Numbered from the stretch's first letter, positions 12,303 to 21,371 are shown. The stretch is DNA of 33,161 bases from Candidatus Woesearchaeota archaeon (GCA_964616675.1 CAZTRI010000027.1:1-33161), one strand, 5' to 3'. Numbers and translations are program-made. The notes: a model not told the origin generated them from the letters alone.

Positions 12303-12629
12303 ATGAAAGTATATGAACCAGGAGAAAAAGCAATTTATGAAGAAGATGATGCACGTGCTATAGTTGAAGTGAAGAAAAGAACTGTTGAAGGTGATACACT
12401 AACATATGAGCTCAAGGTAATCAAACCTTTAAATAACTCTAATCCTATTTTTGTCCCAGTTGAATATGCAGATAAAAGAGCAATTGTTAAGGGTAGTTAT
12501 GTAAGGGGTTTCAAACCAGGACAAGAATTTATTGTTAACAAAAACATCGCAGCTCGGGGTCTAGGGAGTTGCTGGGGTATGTGGACACTAACAGATATTG
12601 TTGATGACACCTTAAGAAGAGCTAATTAG
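12303..12629 (+). CDS. Hypothetical protein
   Basis: 108-aa ORF between the PIN gene and rpoE'. No motif recognised. Confidence 0.5.
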   Translation: MKVYEPGEKAIYEEDDARAIVEVKKRTVEGDTLTYELKVIKPLNNSNPIFVPVEYADKRAIVKGSYVRGFKPGQEFIVNKNIAARGLGSCWGMWTLTDIVDDTLRRAN

Positions 12630-12753
12630 TAGTGATTGCTCGCAGTCTTTAATAATTAGTTTAATCTACAAATTCTAGGAGGGAACAATAGAATCAGGAC
12701 AGAGCCTTATAAACCAAAACATTTATAAAATAACATCTAATACCTTTATAAAA

Positions 12754-13308
12754 ATGTTTTACGAACTTAAAGCTAAAAGTCATGTTAGGGTACCACCGCA
12801 TCTTCTTGACAAAGATATAAATGAGGCAATTCTTACACAGCTAAATTCAGACTTTGAAGGTTACATTTCTCAAGAGACAGGTTTTGTAATTAATGTTACA
12901 CAAATCCTAAATATAGGAGAAGGTATCATAATTCCTGGTGATGGTGCAGCTTATTACGATACAGAATTTAACATGTTAACATACATGCCAGAATTACAGG
13001 AAGTAGCTTTAGGTCAAATAACAGATATCACGAACTATGGTGCTTTTATTAACATTGGTCCTGTTGATGGATTAATTCACTTATCGCAGACTATGGATGA
13101 TTTTGTTTCATTTGCAAAGACAAAAGTTTTATCAGGGAAAGAATCAAAAAAAATACTAAAAGTAAATGATAAATGCAGGGCAAGAGTAATTGCAGTAAGT
13201 TACAAAGACATTTCAAATCCTAAAATTGCATTAACAATGAGACAGCCTATGATGGGTAACTTGCAGTGGTTGGAGGAAGCTAAAAAAGCTGTTAAGAAGA
13301 AAAAATGA
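12754..13308 (+). CDS. rpoE1: DNA-directed RNA polymerase subunit E' (Rpo7)
   Basis: N-terminus MFYELKAKSHVRVPP, GEGIIIPGDGAAYY, and S1 domain GQITDITNYGAFINIGPVDGLIHLSQ. Confidence 0.9.
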   Translation: MFYELKAKSHVRVPPHLLDKDINEAILTQLNSDFEGYISQETGFVINVTQILNIGEGIIIPGDGAAYYDTEFNMLTYMPELQEVALGQITDITNYGAFINIGPVDGLIHLSQTMDDFVSFAKTKVLSGKESKKILKVNDKCRARVIAVSYKDISNPKIALTMRQPMMGNLQWLEEAKKAVKKKK

Positions 13309-13490
13309 AAAGAAAAGCATGTAGAAAATGTAGAATATTTGTAAAAGGTAATAAATGTCCTTTATGTAATTCAGAAGATACAACTACAAGCTGGAAAGGA
13401 AAGATTCTAATCATAGATGCAAATAAATCAGAAGTTGCAAAGAATTTAGGAATAAAATCAAAAGGAGAATATGTTATTAAAGTAAAATGA
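13305..13490 (+). CDS. spt4: Transcription elongation factor Spt4 / RNA polymerase subunit E''
   Basis: Zinc ribbon CRKC..CPLC followed by W.GKILIIDANKSEVAKNLGI. ATGA overlap with rpoE'. Confidence 0.85.
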   Translation: MKRKACRKCRIFVKGNKCPLCNSEDTTTSWKGKILIIDANKSEVAKNLGIKSKGEYVIKVK

Positions 13491-13795
13491 AAAAATTATA
13501 TGAACGTGAAATGCCATTGCTTAGCAGAAAAAGAATAGCATTTGAGATAGAACATGCAGGTAAAACAACACCATCAAGAGAACAGATTAAAAAAGAAGTT
13601 TCTAAATCTTTAAACATAAAATCTGAACTTATTGCAATCAGGCATATTTACACTAAATTTGGTGCAAACAAGATAAAAGTAATATGCCATGTTTATGAAG
13701 ATGAAAAGGCATTACAGTTTTTCGATCCTTTAAAGAAGAAGGAAAAGAAAGAAGCGCCAAAAGTAGAACAAAAACCAGCAGAGGTAGCAGCATAA
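13487..13795 (+). CDS. rps24e: 30S ribosomal protein S24e
   Basis: Family-typical IEHAGKTTPSREQIKKEV and IYTKFG. Its position after spt4 matches the conserved archaeal order. Confidence 0.9.
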   Translation: MKKLYEREMPLLSRKRIAFEIEHAGKTTPSREQIKKEVSKSLNIKSELIAIRHIYTKFGANKIKVICHVYEDEKALQFFDPLKKKEKKEAPKVEQKPAEVAA

Positions 13796-13796
13796 A

Positions 13797-14006
13797 ATGG
13801 GAAAAAAATCAAAGAAGAAAGTAGTAAAGAAAGGAAAAAAGAAGGTTAAACCTCATGTTTCAAGTAAGAAATATTCTAAATATAAATTAGAAGGTGAAAA
13901 ATTAGTAAAAGCAAGAACGTGCAGTAAATGCGGACCTGCTGTATTCTTAGCGCAGCATAAAGATAGATTACTTTGCGGTGCATGTGGTTATATGGAAAGA
14001 AAATAG
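13797..14006 (+). CDS. rps27ae: 30S ribosomal protein S27ae
   Basis: Zinc ribbon CSKCGPAVFLAQHKDRLLCGACGY. Lys-rich N-terminus. Confidence 0.9.
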   Translation: MGKKSKKKVVKKGKKKVKPHVSSKKYSKYKLEGEKLVKARTCSKCGPAVFLAQHKDRLLCGACGYMERK

Positions 14007-14055
14007 ATAACTTACTTTAGAAAGATATAAAAACAAAATAATTCTTTATAGATTT

Positions 14056-14412
14056 ATGAAACTTGTATACTGTGCAACACCTTCAAGAATAAGTAACACA
14101 AGAAAAGAAATTATGGATTATGTTACAAGTCAAGGACTTGGTCCATTTCATCCCTTTCAAGCATTTGAATATGAAAGATTTGAAGGGGGTCCAATTGGAA
14201 GAGAAAGAACAATGGATTTCTGTAGAAGAGCAGTTGATATTTGTGATGAATTTTGGTTGTTTGGTGTTTCACAAGGGACATTAATGGAACTAGTATATGC
14301 ACTAAGTATTAGTAAACCTATAAAATTACATTTAAATTTTGATCCAGATTGGGAAAATCACTACAAAACATTAGGATCAGAACATGGAAATCCTTTAGAA
14401 AAATTACTCTAA
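14056..14412 (+). CDS. Hypothetical protein, possibly nucleoside 2-deoxyribosyltransferase-like fold (DUF4406-like)
   Basis: LVYCATP N-terminus and a later LFGVSQGTLMELVYA segment resemble that fold family. Weak call made by eye. Confidence 0.4.
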   Translation: MKLVYCATPSRISNTRKEIMDYVTSQGLGPFHPFQAFEYERFEGGPIGRERTMDFCRRAVDICDEFWLFGVSQGTLMELVYALSISKPIKLHLNFDPDWENHYKTLGSEHGNPLEKLL

Positions 14413-14413
14413 A

Positions 14414-14788
14414 CTACAAGTGGTCTCCAAAATAACTTCTTCCATCAGGTGATTCGTTTATAGTTGCTAATCTTTGGTAATCAATGTCGTATAATTTTGT
14501 AATTCTATATCTACCAGAAGTAACTTCTCCATCAGTTGATAATTTTTCTATTACTGCATGTCCCCAATATAACCACATTCCATTAATATCTTCAACTAAA
14601 AAAACACGTGTATCAGCACCAGTATGGAATATACGAACATCTGATTTTTCAAAATCAAAAGTTTGCCCAAGAAATTTCTCCCTTATACGTAAAGAATCTT
14701 TAACATAATCATTAAGATTTAAATCACTAGGAAAGCCACCACCCTTAGAAAGTTTTAAAGTATCGTTGAATTCAATTTTTGTTCCCAT
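14414..14788 (-). CDS. Hypothetical protein
   Basis: 124-aa ORF convergent with the previous gene (1-nt gap). No motif recognised. Confidence 0.5.
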   Translation of the reverse strand: MGTKIEFNDTLKLSKGGGFPSDLNLNDYVKDSLRIREKFLGQTFDFEKSDVRIFHTGADTRVFLVEDINGMWLYWGHAVIEKLSTDGEVTSGRYRITKLYDIDYQRLATINESPDGRSYFGDHL

Positions 14789-14799
14789 TTTGATTAAAA

Positions 14800-14833
14800 C
14801 CCAGAAGGAGACTCCGAAGAATCTCTTTCCGGG
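14800..14833 (+). other. G+C-rich hairpin in an AT-rich intergenic region (possible small RNA or leader structure)
   Basis: CCCAGAAGGAGA / UCUCUUUCCGGG gives 11 of 12 pairs on the + strand RNA with a 10-nt loop. It is followed by AGAGGTGAT with no start codon nearby. Confidence 0.3.
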
Positions 14834-14997
14834 AAAAAGAGGTGATAACGTATAGTAGGGCCAACTTATTTAAATACTTTTCGTTTGTGTCTACTTCATT
14901 ATAGTAACAAACCAAATAATTGACAAATTAAGGCTTCTGTTACCAAAATAGGTTATAAAAAACTTTATAAATCCAACTAGAAGTTTGTTTAATATCT

Positions 14998-17900
14998 ATG
15001 ACAAAAATAAAGAGAATTGTAGCAAAGGGGTTCAAATCTTTTGCAAACAAAACAGAACTAGTTTTTGGTGATAATTTTAATATGATTATAGGACCAAACG
15101 GTTCTGGGAAAAGTAATATAGCAGATTCATTATGTTTCGTTCTAGGTAAATCATCTGCCAAAGGGATGAGAGCAGAAAAAACAGCTAATTTAATATTCAA
15201 TGGTGGGAAAAAAGGTGCAGCAGCAAAAGAAGCATCAGTAACAATAGAATTTGATAATTCTAAAAAAAAATTTCTAATAGATTCAGAAACAATCAGTATA
15301 ACAAGAACAGTAAAAGAAAATGGCACAAGTACTTATAGAATTAATGATGAGGTAAGGACAAGACAGGAAGTTTTAGATCTTCTAAGAAGAGCAAAAATCG
15401 ATCCAGATGGACATAATATAATTCTTCAAGGTGACATTGTCCATTTTATGGAGATGAAAGGTGATGAAAGGAGAGAAGTAATAGAAGAAATTTCAGGAAT
15501 ATCTATTTATGAAGATAAAAAACACAAATGCTTACTAGAATTACAAAAAGTAGAAGAAAAATTAAAAGAAGCAAATATAATCTTAACAGAAAGAGAAGCA
15601 AATTTACGTGAATTAAAAAAAGAAAGGGACCAGGCAAAGCGTTTTAAGGAATTACAGGAAGAACTTAAAGACTACAAAGGAACATACTTACATTATCAAA
15701 TCAAAGATAAAGAAACCAAGAAAGAAGAAATAGAATCAAGATTAAAGAAAACAGAATTAGAGATAGAATCAGAAAAGAAAGAACTGGCAGAATTAAAATC
15801 AAATATCCAAGAACTTAAAGAAAAAATCAAACAAATCAACAAAGAAATTGAAGAAAAAGGAGAAAAAGAACAGATTCAATTGAGAAAACAGATTGATGAT
15901 CTTAAGGAGAGCATAATAAAAACAGAATCAAGAGTTGATGTTTGCAGTACAGAAATAGAAAGAATTAATTCTAGAAAATCACAAATAATTACAAGCATAG
16001 AAGAAACAAAAAACAAAGTAAGTGAAATTAACAAGCAAAAACAAGATCTTCTAAAGAAAGTTGATAATCTTCAATACGAAGACAGTAAAGTAAACAAAAA
16101 AATCCAAGAGTTTAAAGAGAAGCAGGGAATTCCAGAAGATTTTAAACAAGGGATAGGCAGTATAGAAAAAGAAATAGAAAATAATTTATACAAAACTAGT
16201 GAATTAGAAGATACAAAAAGAATTTCACTATCTAAAGTAGACCAAATCAATTTCCAGTTAAATACCATCCAAGAGAGAATAGATAATATAAGGGGTATAG
16301 GTTCATCAAAAGAGTTAAAGGAATTAAATACAAAAAAAGAAGAACTAAAAATATTAACAAAGGAATTAACAAAATTAATAGAAGAAGATTCTAGTTTTGC
16401 AGCTCAGTTATCAAAGGCAAGAGCTAATTTACAGAAAGTAGAAGAAGACCTAGCAAAAGTAGAGGCAAGACAGACAAAAATTACAGAATATACATTAGCA
16501 GATGTAGCAACAAAGAATATCCTAAAACTAAAAAGCCAGTTTCCAGGTGTTTATGGTACAGTTTCTCAATTAGGGGAAGTTGAATCGAAATATGCGTTAG
16601 CATTAGAAATTGCAGCTGGTAGTCGAATATTAAGTTTAGTTATTGATAATGAAAATACAGCACACAAATGTATTAATTACTTAAAAGAAAACAAATTAGG
16701 TATTGCAACTTTTCTTCCGTTGAATAAAGTAAGAGGCAGGGAAGACTTAGGGATTAAGCACCATCTAAAAAAACCTGGTGTTGAAGGACTAGCACTAGAA
16801 TTAGTTCAATTTAATCCTCAATATAGGAATATATTTTCTTATGTTTTTGGTTCTACTTTAGTTGTCAAAGATTTGAATATAGCAAAATCAATTGGTATTG
16901 GTACAGTTCGTATGGTTACAATTGAGGGTGATTTAGTAGAAACTTCAGGTGCAATGGTTGGTGGTTACAGGGGAAAAAGAACTGGTCTTGGGTTTAAAGA
17001 AAAAGATGTTTCAGAAAAATTAACAAGTTTAGAAAAAGAAGTCGCAAGGTTGCAAGATATAATAGCTACAGTTCAGACAAATAGATTAGAAAATGAAGAT
17101 AAGATACGACAATTAAGAGAAAGGAGGGCTCATTTGGAAGTTGATGTAATTAAATTAGAAGGGACATTAAACATTAAAGAAGATGTAAACAAACTCCTAG
17201 AAGAACAAAATCAATTGAAGAAAATTTCAAAAGAAGAAGGAGAAAAGATAAAAGAACTTCAAGATGAAATAACAAGCAGTCAAAAGTTTATTAACAAATT
17301 TAAAATCCAAAAACAAGAATTCATGCAGAAGCTTCAAGATCCTACAATCACAAAGGGATTAGAAGAAATAGAAACTCAAAAAGCAAATATAAGAGAACAA
17401 ATAATAGAAACTAATTCTGATTTAAAAAATATCAATAATCAAGTAAAAAACATTTTACAGCCTGAGCTTGAGAAATCTGAAAAAATAATATTACAATATA
17501 AGAAAGAAGTAGAAGATTTCCAAAACGAAAGCAAGAACCTAAAACAATCACTATCTAATCTAGAAAAAGAATTAAAAGAAAAACAAAAAGAAGAAGAAAA
17601 ATACCACGGAAATCTAAGAGAATTAATCGCAGAAAGAAATAAAACTACTGAAAGAACCTCAAAAGTAGAAACAAAATCTACAGAACATCAGTTAAAGATT
17701 CAGAATATTGAACAAAGGAAGAATAACATTTCTATAGATAAAGCAAAGATAATAGCAGAATTAGAAGCATTACAGAAAGAGTTTGAAGAGTTCAAGAATT
17801 GCACAATCAAAAGGGGATTAAGCACAGATGAATTAAGATTAAAAGTTAAAGAAACTGAGCATGGCATAGCAAAGATAGGTTCAGTTAACATGAGAGCATT

Positions 17901-18462
17901 AGAAGTTTATGAGGCAATAGAAATAGAATACAAGAAATTAATAGAAAAGGCAGAAAAACTGCAATCAGAAAAAGATGATGTTATGATAATGTTAAATGAA
18001 GTTGAAAATAGGAAGAAAGCAGTATTTATGAAAACATATAATGAAATAGTAAAGAACTTCAAAAGAATATTCTCAGAACTAACAACAAAAGGAGAAGCTT
18101 ACGTTGAATTAGAAAATGAAGAGAATCCATTTGAAGGTGGTCTTGATATCCAAGTAAGGTTACAAGGTAACAAATACTTAGATATTAAGAGTTTATCAGG
18201 TGGAGAAAAAACAATGGCAGCTTTATCATTCATTTTTGCAATTCAAGAATATGAACCATCGCCATTCTACTTTTTAGATGAGGTTGATGCAGCATTAGAT
18301 AAAAGGAACTCAAGTATGCTTACACATCTTATTCAAAAATATTCCAGAAACGCACAATATATTGTAATATCACACAATGACAGTGTTATAACAGAAGCAG
18401 ATCAGATTTATGGAATTTCAATGCAGGATGGAGTTTCTAAAGTTGTAAGCTTAAAAGTTTAA
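14998..18462 (+). CDS. smc: Chromosome segregation protein SMC
   Basis: Walker A GPNGSGKSN, hinge GVYGTVSQLGEV..ALEIAAG, signature LSGGEKT, Walker B FYFLDEVDAALD. Long K/E-rich coiled-coil arms. Confidence 0.95.
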   Translation: MTKIKRIVAKGFKSFANKTELVFGDNFNMIIGPNGSGKSNIADSLCFVLGKSSAKGMRAEKTANLIFNGGKKGAAAKEASVTIEFDNSKKKFLIDSETISITRTVKENGTSTYRINDEVRTRQEVLDLLRRAKIDPDGHNIILQGDIVHFMEMKGDERREVIEEISGISIYEDKKHKCLLELQKVEEKLKEANIILTEREANLRELKKERDQAKRFKELQEELKDYKGTYLHYQIKDKETKKEEIESRLKKTELEIESEKKELAELKSNIQELKEKIKQINKEIEEKGEKEQIQLRKQIDDLKESIIKTESRVDVCSTEIERINSRKSQIITSIEETKNKVSEINKQKQDLLKKVDNLQYEDSKVNKKIQEFKEKQGIPEDFKQGIGSIEKEIENNLYKTSELEDTKRISLSKVDQINFQLNTIQERIDNIRGIGSSKELKELNTKKEELKILTKELTKLIEEDSSFAAQLSKARANLQKVEEDLAKVEARQTKITEYTLADVATKNILKLKSQFPGVYGTVSQLGEVESKYALALEIAAGSRILSLVIDNENTAHKCINYLKENKLGIATFLPLNKVRGREDLGIKHHLKKPGVEGLALELVQFNPQYRNIFSYVFGSTLVVKDLNIAKSIGIGTVRMVTIEGDLVETSGAMVGGYRGKRTGLGFKEKDVSEKLTSLEKEVARLQDIIATVQTNRLENEDKIRQLRERRAHLEVDVIKLEGTLNIKEDVNKLLEEQNQLKKISKEEGEKIKELQDEITSSQKFINKFKIQKQEFMQKLQDPTITKGLEEIETQKANIREQIIETNSDLKNINNQVKNILQPELEKSEKIILQYKKEVEDFQNESKNLKQSLSNLEKELKEKQKEEEKYHGNLRELIAERNKTTERTSKVETKSTEHQLKIQNIEQRKNNISIDKAKIIAELEALQKEFEEFKNCTIKRGLSTDELRLKVKETEHGIAKIGSVNMRALEVYEAIEIEYKKLIEKAEKLQSEKDDVMIMLNEVENRKKAVFMKTYNEIVKNFKRIFSELTTKGEAYVELENEENPFEGGLDIQVRLQGNKYLDIKSLSGGEKTMAALSFIFAIQEYEPSPFYFLDEVDAALDKRNSSMLTHLIQKYSRNAQYIVISHNDSVITEADQIYGISMQDGVSKVVSLKV

Positions 18463-18463
18463 T

Positions 18464-19435
18464 TTACTCAGGTAATATATCACTAATAGTTCTACATCCA
18501 TGTATCACAGTAGAGTGATCTCTACCTAACATTCTTCCTATTGCTGGAAAACTTACTCCTGATTGTCTTAAAAGGTACATAGTAAGTTGTCTCGCTCTTA
18601 CAATATTTTTATAACGTGAATCACTAAAAATATGTTTCTTACTTACACCAGTTCTATATGAAACTAAATCAATCACCATTTGTGCTTCCAAATCACCTAC
18701 CACCAGTAAATCTTTAACTATGATTCGCGTAGCATAATCAAGACCACTTTGATCTAAAGAAAAGAAATTATAATGTTTTATTCCAAATTCTTCTTGCTGC
18801 TCAGCTATCATTCTTTTTACCACATCGCCATCAGGCAATAACGAACTAAAATCATCTACATTAACACAGCTATATACTCCTACACCAAATTTATCAGCAA
18901 GCTCTTCACTCGCATATCTCACACCACTTCTTTCTTTTCTATCAAATACTACAACAAAACCTGATAAACTTGCACCAGTATCAAGAATTTTGGTTGCCTC
19001 ACGATTAAGTTTATTTCCTGTAGATATAGCAGAATCAATAATTAAAACATTATCCAGAGCTTTAGGATGATAACCATCCAAATACCCAATCCGAGAACCT
19101 TTCTTAATCTCTTTTTCTCTCCCATAACTAAAATCTAAATTAGGCCTTATATCTGAAAATTTAGAAACAAGAGCCCTTGCTAGCAAAGAACCTGTACCAC
19201 TAGCCCCATATAAAACATTAAACAATAGATTATTACTAGCAACAATATCCTTAAACCTTAAAAAAAATAACTCGTCGAATTGTAAGATATTACGAGCAGT
19301 ATTTATTCTTCCAAAATCTAAATAATATCTAGATACTCTTCCAGAACTAAGCAGCCTTTCCTCAGGAACAATTCTCTCCAGTAATAATTCTGTCAAATCT
19401 TTTTCATACTTTTCCATAAAACAAAGAAAAGCCAA
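18464..19435 (-). CDS. Fusion protein: orotate-phosphoribosyltransferase-like domain plus DnaA domain-IV-like helix-turn-helix
   Basis: N-terminal half has LLSSGRVSRYYLDF and the PRPP loop VLIIDSAISTGNK. C-terminal 80 aa read VRARQLTMYLLRQSGVSFPAIGRMLGRDHSTVIHGCRTI, matching the Bac_DnaA_C signature. The track start at 19435 is TTG; the ATG at 19417 (MEKYEK) is the likelier start. Confidence 0.8.
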   Translation of the reverse strand: MAFLCFMEKYEKDLTELLLERIVPEERLLSSGRVSRYYLDFGRINTARNILQFDELFFLRFKDIVASNNLLFNVLYGASGTGSLLARALVSKFSDIRPNLDFSYGREKEIKKGSRIGYLDGYHPKALDNVLIIDSAISTGNKLNREATKILDTGASLSGFVVVFDRKERSGVRYASEELADKFGVGVYSCVNVDDFSSLLPDGDVVKRMIAEQQEEFGIKHYNFFSLDQSGLDYATRIIVKDLLVVGDLEAQMVIDLVSYRTGVSKKHIFSDSRYKNIVRARQLTMYLLRQSGVSFPAIGRMLGRDHSTVIHGCRTISDILPE

Positions 19436-19449
19436 AAAGTTTAAGAACC

Positions 19450-21348
19450 TTACCCTTCAACTTCATCATAGAAGAAATTAGTTATCCTCTTAAATACTCC
19501 AAACTTAATTAAAAGTATCAATACAATAAGTATAGCAATAAGTCCAATAGTTATCTTAAGCCTATTCTTATCTCTATCACTCATACCTTTAATTATTTCA
19601 GCCAAACTTTTATTGTCTGTATTGACGACTTCTACAGTACTGTTTTCATTAGCAACATTCTTCTCAACTACTTGTTCTACAACAGTTACTTTTTCAGGAT
19701 TATCAGTTATACCTATCCCTATTCTTTGAGATACTAAAAAGTCACTATCTTTTAATCTAACTGAAAGAACAGCTTCATAATCTCCCAAAGCAATTTGACT
19801 TGATGGAGCAATGTACATATAAACTATTTCACTTCTTCCAGGCTCTACTCTTACAACAGAAGGATTAAGCTGTACGAAGTTAGAAGCTGATCCGGAAACA
19901 ACAACATTATATTCTGCTGCTGTAATTCCATTGTTTTTAATTGCGAAAGGCAAAGTTGATGTTGCATCAAAGAATACAACTACATTATCTTTATCAACTT
20001 CTATAGATGGTCTAAAACAACCTTCAACTCCAACAATTTCAACATCAATATTATCTTCTGAGAAAGCAGTTACACTACTTTCATCAGTTGCAGAGACACC
20101 TACTCTAACTTTTTGTATCCCAGGCGCTACATCTAAACCTGGATCCATTCTTATGAATAATTTCTTTTCTTCCAGAGATTTCAAAGTGAATACTGGAGCA
20201 GCCTGCCCTAGAGTAACCCAACCTGGAGCTTGCATTTGTAATCTAAATTCTTTATTAGATTCCCCTAAATTCTTTACTACAGTTTCAAAACTTCCAGATA
20301 TTCCATTACAAACTCTAGTTTTATCTTCAATTATATTTACGCCAACAGCATTACACTTTCTAACATTTACATTAAAATCATGAACTGCTTTTAATCTACC
20401 TTTTTCAGGTGCAACATCAAGACTTACAGTAGAGTCTCCTTGAATACCAAAATCAGGAGCCATAACCAAAGTAACTATTTTTGACTCTCCTGGTTTAAGT
20501 TGTAAAAATCTATTATCAAGTTTTGCCCACTCAGGACCATTAAGATTTAAATCAAAATCATTAGTTGCAGTTCCCCTATTAGTTATTTTAATAGGCACTT
20601 CCTGCACTGTATGTTCACAAAAATCATATGCACTCCTTTCTACTTCAACAAGGAAATCAAAGCAAGGATTTACTTGTAATTTAGCATTAAATGATTCAAC
20701 AATACTACTTGACTTTGCTTTAGCAACTATAGTGAAACCAAATTCTCCTGCATCTTCAGGACCTGTAACAAAAGCAATTATCTTCTTTGTCTGTCCTTTA
20801 TCCAAAGTAATAGCAGTATCACTCATACTAACTTTATCTTTTAAAATACCTTCAACACTTAAATCAAATGTTTCCCTGTACTGACCAGAATTCTTAAGTT
20901 CAAATTCAAACTTAGACAATTCAAGAGGACAAACAGATTTTTGAGCATCTAGAGTTGCAAGCTGTGCACCATAACAGCTCTTAATAGTAACTGGATGAGA
21001 AACAGTTTTAACCTGTCCTGCACCAGAAGAAACAAGATCTAAAGTATAAATCCCAGGGACAGCATTCTTTCCCGGAGTTACATAAGTATAAATTACCTTT
21101 TGTTCGCCTGGACCAAGTATAACACCAGAAGGAACTACAGTGGACCAAACCTTAGCTCCACCCTGAAGATTGAAATTAATATTTTGTGGCTGTGCATCTG
21201 TATTCTTTATAATATCCGTAAACAAACCAGTATCTCTAGGGCAAAGATCTTCAGCAATTGTACCTAACCTTATTTCAGCCGCATTAACTGAACTAAATAG
21301 AAGAACTGACAATACTATCAATGATAACCATACTTTCAAAACATTCAA
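19450..21348 (-). CDS. Large secreted surface protein with five or six Ig-like (CARDB/NEW3-like) modules and a C-terminal TM anchor
   Basis: Signal peptide KVWLSLIVLSVLLFSSVNA. Repeated modules of about 100 aa, three of which open with a C-x14-15-C pair. C-terminal TM ITIGLIAILIVLILLI plus an acidic tail. Likely true start is TTG at 21339, 9 nt after a G5 motif. Confidence 0.8.
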   Translation of the reverse strand: MNVLKVWLSLIVLSVLLFSSVNAAEIRLGTIAEDLCPRDTGLFTDIIKNTDAQPQNINFNLQGGAKVWSTVVPSGVILGPGEQKVIYTYVTPGKNAVPGIYTLDLVSSGAGQVKTVSHPVTIKSCYGAQLATLDAQKSVCPLELSKFEFELKNSGQYRETFDLSVEGILKDKVSMSDTAITLDKGQTKKIIAFVTGPEDAGEFGFTIVAKAKSSSIVESFNAKLQVNPCFDFLVEVERSAYDFCEHTVQEVPIKITNRGTATNDFDLNLNGPEWAKLDNRFLQLKPGESKIVTLVMAPDFGIQGDSTVSLDVAPEKGRLKAVHDFNVNVRKCNAVGVNIIEDKTRVCNGISGSFETVVKNLGESNKEFRLQMQAPGWVTLGQAAPVFTLKSLEEKKLFIRMDPGLDVAPGIQKVRVGVSATDESSVTAFSEDNIDVEIVGVEGCFRPSIEVDKDNVVVFFDATSTLPFAIKNNGITAAEYNVVVSGSASNFVQLNPSVVRVEPGRSEIVYMYIAPSSQIALGDYEAVLSVRLKDSDFLVSQRIGIGITDNPEKVTVVEQVVEKNVANENSTVEVVNTDNKSLAEIIKGMSDRDKNRLKITIGLIAILIVLILLIKFGVFKRITNFFYDEVEG

Positions 21349-21371
21349 CCCCCTGTAACATTCAACCCCCT
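21340..21371 (-). repeat. Tandem direct repeat (15 nt x2, period 17) spanning the start of the surface-protein gene
   Basis: On the minus strand AGGGGGTTGAATGTT occurs twice, at 21340-21354 and 21357-21371 in + strand coordinates. Confidence 0.9.

Noticed and set aside
14484-17891. Track ORFs 14484-14708, 14940-15326, 16071-16268 and 17700-17891
   Set aside because: They are antisense to the 124-aa ORF or to smc. ORF 14940-15326 overlaps the smc Walker A region on the opposite strand. No independent start signals were seen.
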